Origin: Kiritimatiellia bacterium
Lineage (GTDB): Bacteria > Verrucomicrobiota > Kiritimatiellia > RFP12 > UBA1067
Length of the DNA: 64,000 nucleotides
Direction: 5' to 3'
NCBI GenBank assembly: GCA_050949565.1
Contig: JBMNFY010000006.1
Span: 32,001 to 96,000, forward strand
The notes beneath the pieces were generated by a model. It was not told the DNA's origin. It was given only the letters and a program-made list of their open reading frames with translations, and did not search any database. Positions 59,360 through 64,000 of the stretch are shown piece by piece. Made by a program: the position numbers and the translations under genes. The first letter of the stretch is position 1; every line of letters begins with the position of its first letter.

Positions 59360-59471
59360 ACACATAGCGCGGGTCGCGCTTTGTGCGGGAAAATGGTTTG
59401 GATTGATTTCAGCGTCCGGACAGGGTACGCTACTGTGAATCATTTTTCCCTATGAAAAGGAGACTTTGCAA

Positions 59472-60713
59472 ATGGCTTTGACGTTATCAGATCTTAAGGG
59501 CAAGACGGTGGGTGCTTGCGTGTCGGGTGGCTTGGATAGCCGCACGATCGCTAAGGTGATGGTGGAGGCGGGTGTGAAGGTAGTGGCGTTCTCCGCCGAT
59601 CTGGCGCAGCCGGATGAAAAGGACATCACGGATATCAAGACGCGCATGGCACCGTGCGGGGTCGATACGGTCATCGTGGATCTTAAAGAGCCGATGGCTG
59701 AGGCGTGCTTTCAGGTGATCGAAGCGCAGGCGATGTATGATGGCGGTTATTGGAATTCGACCGGTATCGCACGCGCCGTCACCGTGCGCGGTCTGATCCC
59801 GGAGATGAAGAAGCGCGGCTGCACGGTGTTGGTGCACGGCGCGACCGGACGCGGCAACGACCAGATGCGTTTCGAGCGTTACACCAACGTGCTGGCGCCC
59901 GCGATGCAGGTCTATGCGCCATGGCGCGATGCCGGTCTGCTGACGAAGTTCCCCGGCCGCACGCAGATGGTCGACTATCTGGCGCAGTTCGGTATCAAGG
60001 CGTTTGTCGGCACCAAGAAGAAGTACTCGACCGACGCCAATCTGGCCGGTCTTTCGCACGAGGCTGAAGACTTGGAGAGCCTGAAGACGTCGATGCTGAT
60101 CGTCGAGCCGACGATGGGCGTCTGGCCGCAGCAAGCGCCGGACAAGATCGAGAACGTAACGGTGCGCTTCAACAAGGGCCGGGCCGTGCAGATCAATGGC
60201 AAGGATGTGTCGCCGCTGGAGGCGATGCAGCTCGCCAACAAGTTGGCCGGGCGCAACGGCATCGGTATGAAGCACGCGCTTGAGAACCGCATCATCGGCA
60301 CCAAGAGCCGCGGCGTGTACGAGGCCCCCGGCATGGAGCTGCTGGCCACCTGTCTGCGCTATGTTTATCAGGCGACGCTCGACCGCCGCGCGGGTCTGCT
60401 TTTCGGACAGCTCTCGAAGCTGGTCGCCGACCAGATTTACGACGGCCGCTACTTTGATCCGGTGACCCAGGCGGCGCGCGCCGCGATCGGGACGTTTGCC
60501 AAGCACGCGTCCGGCACGGTGTCGGTCGGGCTCTACAAGGGCAGTATCTTTTTCAATGCGCTTGCCGACTGCAAGGCCTCTATCTACAACGAGGCCGATT
60601 CGTCGATGGAGGCGAGCGACGGGCTTAATCCGGTCAGTTCGCAGGGGTTCGCCGAGATCCAGAGCGTCGAGGCACGCATGTTGGCGCGGGCCGGTCAGAT
60701 CGTGGCCAAGTAG
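59472..60713 (+). CDS. argG: argininosuccinate synthase
   Basis: SGGLDS, HGATGRGNDQMRF, YSTDANL, ENRIIGTKSRGVYEAP. Confidence 0.95.
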   Translation: MALTLSDLKGKTVGACVSGGLDSRTIAKVMVEAGVKVVAFSADLAQPDEKDITDIKTRMAPCGVDTVIVDLKEPMAEACFQVIEAQAMYDGGYWNSTGIARAVTVRGLIPEMKKRGCTVLVHGATGRGNDQMRFERYTNVLAPAMQVYAPWRDAGLLTKFPGRTQMVDYLAQFGIKAFVGTKKKYSTDANLAGLSHEAEDLESLKTSMLIVEPTMGVWPQQAPDKIENVTVRFNKGRAVQINGKDVSPLEAMQLANKLAGRNGIGMKHALENRIIGTKSRGVYEAPGMELLATCLRYVYQATLDRRAGLLFGQLSKLVADQIYDGRYFDPVTQAARAAIGTFAKHASGTVSVGLYKGSIFFNALADCKASIYNEADSSMEASDGLNPVSSQGFAEIQSVEARMLARAGQIVAK

Positions 60714-60745
60714 TGTTGTGACCAAGCAGTAAGGGAGGGACGGAC

Positions 60746-61735
60746 ATGCCGAATCTCAAAACTTCATATCTCGGGCTCGAATTGAAGAATCCACTGGTGG
60801 TCAGTTCCAGCCCGCTGACAGACAACGTGACGTCAGTCAAGCAGTTGGAGGAGGCCGGTGCCGCTGCGATCGTCATGCGCTCGATCTTTGAAGAGCAGAT
60901 CGAGGCAGATGTGGCGGAGATGGCGGCATCGCTGGCAGGTGATACCAGCATGGCCGCCATTGAATATATGCGTGCCGACCTTCTGGGACAACTCGGGCCG
61001 GAGAAGTATGTCGAAAAGCTTCGGGCGATGCGCATGGCCGTGAAGATCCCGATCATTGCCAGCATCAACTGCGTGAAGGCGGCGAATTGGATCACCTACG
61101 CCAAGAAGCTGGAGCGCGCCGGGGCCGATGCGATTGAGCTGAACCTCTATCACATGCCGGTGGATCCGGAGGAGGACGCGGCGTCGGTGGAGGCGCGCCG
61201 GTTGCAGGTGGTCAAGACGATCCGCAACGAGGTCAAGGTGCCGATCACGGTCAAGTTGAGCAAACACTACACATCGTTGCTCTCCTTTGCGCGCATGTTG
61301 GATGCGGCGGGAGTGTGCGGCATGGTGCTGTTCAATCGCTTTTTGCAGACGCAGATCGATACCGAGACGGAGTCGATCTTTTACGCGCATGACTACTCGT
61401 CGCCGCATGTGTTGCACTCGCAGTTGCGCTGGACGGCGGTAATCCGCGACTGGGTGCGCTGCAGCGTGGCGATTAGCGGCGGCATCCACTCCGGCGAAGA
61501 TTTGGCCAGAGCGTTGTTGGTCGGTGCGGATGTCGGTTATGTCTGTTCGGTGCTGTATGTGCGGGAGGACTTTGGGGTCATTCAGGAGATTCTGGACAAC
61601 CTCTCCGCTTGGATGGCGGACAAAGGCTACGCCTCCTTATCGGAGTTCCGAGGCAAGTTGCGTGAGAGCAACCTGCGTGACGGCAACGGCTTCGAGCGCA
61701 TGCAGTACGTGAAGGCCGCTACCAAGCTGTCGTGA
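60746..61735 (+). CDS. dihydroorotate dehydrogenase-like flavoprotein
   Basis: YLGLELKNPLV, SIFEEQI, IIASIN, ADAIELN, LFNRF and ISGGIH. Confidence 0.85.
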   Translation: MPNLKTSYLGLELKNPLVVSSSPLTDNVTSVKQLEEAGAAAIVMRSIFEEQIEADVAEMAASLAGDTSMAAIEYMRADLLGQLGPEKYVEKLRAMRMAVKIPIIASINCVKAANWITYAKKLERAGADAIELNLYHMPVDPEEDAASVEARRLQVVKTIRNEVKVPITVKLSKHYTSLLSFARMLDAAGVCGMVLFNRFLQTQIDTETESIFYAHDYSSPHVLHSQLRWTAVIRDWVRCSVAISGGIHSGEDLARALLVGADVGYVCSVLYVREDFGVIQEILDNLSAWMADKGYASLSEFRGKLRESNLRDGNGFERMQYVKAATKLS

Positions 61736-61747
61736 GGCCGCCCGGCT

Positions 61748-62536
61748 GTGTTTGACGCGCATGCCCACTTGCAAAGTCCGCTGCTCTCGGGCGTGCTGAC
61801 TCGGGTGATCGACGATGCCGCGCGTGTCGGCGTGACCGGCGTCTGCTGTTGCGCGACGATGCCGGACGACTGGTCGGCGGTGGCCGAACTGGCGCGGGCA
61901 CGCCTGCCATTTGTGCTGGTGCCAGCTTTCGGTGTCCATCCTTGGTATGTGCAGGGGCTGTCCGATGACTGGGATGAGCAACTGGTTGGTTTGCTCGATG
62001 CGCATCCGGTTGCGGCGGTGGGCGAGATCGGTCTGGACGGTCTGCGCGATGAGGTGCCTGCCGCACTCCAAGAGGAGGTGTTCCTGCGTCAGCTCGATAT
62101 CGCGGAGGCGTTGCACCGTCCGGTGATTCTGCACGGCGCGCGTGTCTGGGGGCGTTTGACGGAGCGGATCAAGCCCTATGCGCGGCGTCTGCCTGCGGTC
62201 GTCGTTCACGGCTTCAGCGGTTCAGCCGAAATCTTGAAGCAACTCCTGAATCTGGGAGCTTATGTGTCGTTCGCGGGGTCGGTCTGTAATCCCAGGGCTG
62301 CCAAGGTGCGGGCTGCGGTGCGCGACATACCGGACAGTCAGATGCTGATCGAGACCGATACGCCGGACATCTTTCCGCAAGGCGGCGCACCCGCTGCGAC
62401 GGGGACAGACGGCAAGCCGCTGAACCAGCCGGCGAACTTGCGCTACGTGTTGGAAGAGGTGGCCCGCTTGCGCAACACCACGCCCGAGGCGGTTTCAGAT
62501 ATCACCGGAGCCAACGCGCGCCGCGCGTTGCTGTAG
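61748..62536 (+). CDS. TatD family hydrolase
   Basis: FDAHAHL, GVHPW, VGEIGLD, VILH, HGFSGS, IETDTPD and NQPAN. Confidence 0.93.
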   Translation: MFDAHAHLQSPLLSGVLTRVIDDAARVGVTGVCCCATMPDDWSAVAELARARLPFVLVPAFGVHPWYVQGLSDDWDEQLVGLLDAHPVAAVGEIGLDGLRDEVPAALQEEVFLRQLDIAEALHRPVILHGARVWGRLTERIKPYARRLPAVVVHGFSGSAEILKQLLNLGAYVSFAGSVCNPRAAKVRAAVRDIPDSQMLIETDTPDIFPQGGAPAATGTDGKPLNQPANLRYVLEEVARLRNTTPEAVSDITGANARRALL

Positions 62537-63434
62537 CGATGTTTACGCTCTGTCCATCATCGCTGTCACTCGCGCGCAGTGGGCCGGAGTGGCCTTGGCG
62601 ACAAGCGCGCGGTGTGATGCCGGTGTGCCGCTTGAAAAGGTTGGCAAAGTGTTGCGATGAGCAGAAGCCGAGGCGCATGGCAATGTCGGTGACCGGCAGC
62701 GAGGTGGTTTGCAGGAGTTCGCGCGCGGCGCGGATGCGGCAGTCGATCAGGAACTGGCGGGGAGGAAGGCCGGCCAGCATCCGGAAACGCGTGGTGAAGT
62801 GGGCGGGGGTCATGCCTGCGCGGCGCGCGAGTTCGTCCACCGGATAGTTGTTTTCCGGATGCGCCTGAATCTCGCGCAACAGAGCCTCGATGCGCGTCTC
62901 GCCGGGCGGTACGGTGTGGGCGCTGGCCGCGACTGTGATCTCCAGCAACAGATCGAGCAGGGCGATGCGCAGACGCAGCGGGCGCAACGTGTTGTCGGGT
63001 TCGTCATACACCGTGTGTAGCATTTGGAAAAGACGTCTGATGCGGTCGGTGCCGCGGAAATGTCGGTGCGGCAGGTTCAGCAGGGCGAGTCGCAGCGCGC
63101 GGGCCTCGGCGGTCGGCAGTTGCAGGAATGCGTTGTCGGGGGGATCGACGCGCAGGATCAGCCAATAGAGGATCAACCCCTTGGGATGTTCGCTGACTGT
63201 GTGGCGCTCGCCGGGAAAATTCACAAAGACATCGCCCGGGCCGACGCGGTAGGTCCTGCCGTTGCAGCCGAAGGTGAGCGTGTTGCGCACACAGGTGTGG
63301 ATCTCAAGACAGTCCGGGTGCCAGTGCTCCGGCACATCGGGGCGGGGATTGCGGTAATTGCAATATCCCAACATCGGGACGGCAGGGAGACCCAGCGGCG
63401 CGAGGTCAAGCGCACGCCGCTCGGGGGTGTTCAT
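62502..63434 (-). CDS. AraC family transcriptional regulator with cupin sensor domain
   Basis: HWHPDCLEI cupin; C-terminal ARELL...VTDIAMRLGFCSSQHFANLFKRHTGITP. Confidence 0.92.
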   Translation of the reverse strand: MNTPERRALDLAPLGLPAVPMLGYCNYRNPRPDVPEHWHPDCLEIHTCVRNTLTFGCNGRTYRVGPGDVFVNFPGERHTVSEHPKGLILYWLILRVDPPDNAFLQLPTAEARALRLALLNLPHRHFRGTDRIRRLFQMLHTVYDEPDNTLRPLRLRIALLDLLLEITVAASAHTVPPGETRIEALLREIQAHPENNYPVDELARRAGMTPAHFTTRFRMLAGLPPRQFLIDCRIRAARELLQTTSLPVTDIAMRLGFCSSQHFANLFKRHTGITPRACRQGHSGPLRASDSDDGQSVNIATATRGARWLR

Positions 63435-63582
63435 GTAATCAAAACGCAGGTTGGAGATTGCTTTCACTTTGTGCGTAATCATACGATATTAGGATTGTGA
63501 ACGCAATCCAAAGACGCAACTTGTTAAAATGACTGTAAACAAAATCACGCTCCGATGCAGGAGCAAAAAGAAAGGGGCCATT

Positions 63583-64000
63583 ATGCTGCGGAAAATGATT
63601 CAGACCAAGGTCACATTGAAACGCGATTTCAAACCGCCGATCACGCTGCTCAACACGCTGAAGCAGGCGGCGGGCCCGAAAGATTCTGTGCTTGCGATTG
63701 CCTGGGAGCGCGAGAACGGCTACATCTCCCGCTATGATCTGCCGTTGCCGGCGCGCGCTGAGGATTTGCCGGAAGTGGCGCAACTTGCAGAGCGGATCGT
63801 GAAGTTCCTGCTCTGGGCCTCCGGCGGCTGGCGTTTGATGTTGGCGGGGCCGAGCAAGTTGTGCCGGTCGATCAAACAGCAGTACTCGAAGGATGGCGCG
63901 CGGAAGTTCGATGTGGACTTCATGGAAAAGGTCTACGACCGTCCAATGGTGGTGGAACTGCGCAAGCTGAGCGAGATGCCGCAGGCGCACGAGCGTGCAC
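63583..64000 (+). CDS. partial gene, probably ROK family protein; runs off the window
   Basis: AAAGGGG RBS, ATG 63583, open to the window end; ERENGYISR and ERIVKFLLWASGGWRLMLAGP resemble the N-terminus of long ROK proteins; divergent from AraC. Confidence 0.6.
   Translation, partial: MLRKMIQTKVTLKRDFKPPITLLNTLKQAAGPKDSVLAIAWERENGYISRYDLPLPARAEDLPEVAQLAERIVKFLLWASGGWRLMLAGPSKLCRSIKQQYSKDGARKFDVDFMEKVYDRPMVVELRKLSEMPQAHERA

Overview
GC-rich bacterial chromosomal window, most likely PVC superphylum and possibly Kiritimatiellae-like. This is inferred from a Verrucomicrobia/Planctomycetes-restricted Minf_1886-type gene, many Tat/Sec-exported glycan-active proteins and autotransporter-repeat/LamG surface proteins. 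It holds a carbohydrate-utilisation block (about 1-17.6 kb) and housekeeping genes (fabH, galU, icd, iorAB, pyrK/pyrD, add, nnr, pssA, psd, HIT, argG, TatD, AraC) plus tRNA-His(GUG) and a CAU-anticodon tRNA (probably Ile2). There are three accessory segments. (i) At 17.8-23.7 kb, a block bounded and subdivided by a recurring ~25-30 bp ACCTGTCCC site contains two antitoxins whose toxins are deleted or truncated, an hsdR'-'hsdS deletion remnant and a 1.2 kb mosaic REP/BIME-like array. (ii) An AT-richer methyltransferase + type IIG-like R-M pair sits between iorA and iorB. (iii) Three AT-richer orphan ORFs lie beside the CAU tRNA. The best leads are the repeat-site-delimited cassette organisation, a plant-type glucuronokinase paired with a GalU-family uridylyltransferase, a ~290 bp MITE-like element (one copy supplies the pssA C-terminus), and a shared C-terminal G-[TS]-V-hydrophobic motif on barrel-less surface proteins. 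All family assignments come from motif recognition by eye; no database searches were run.
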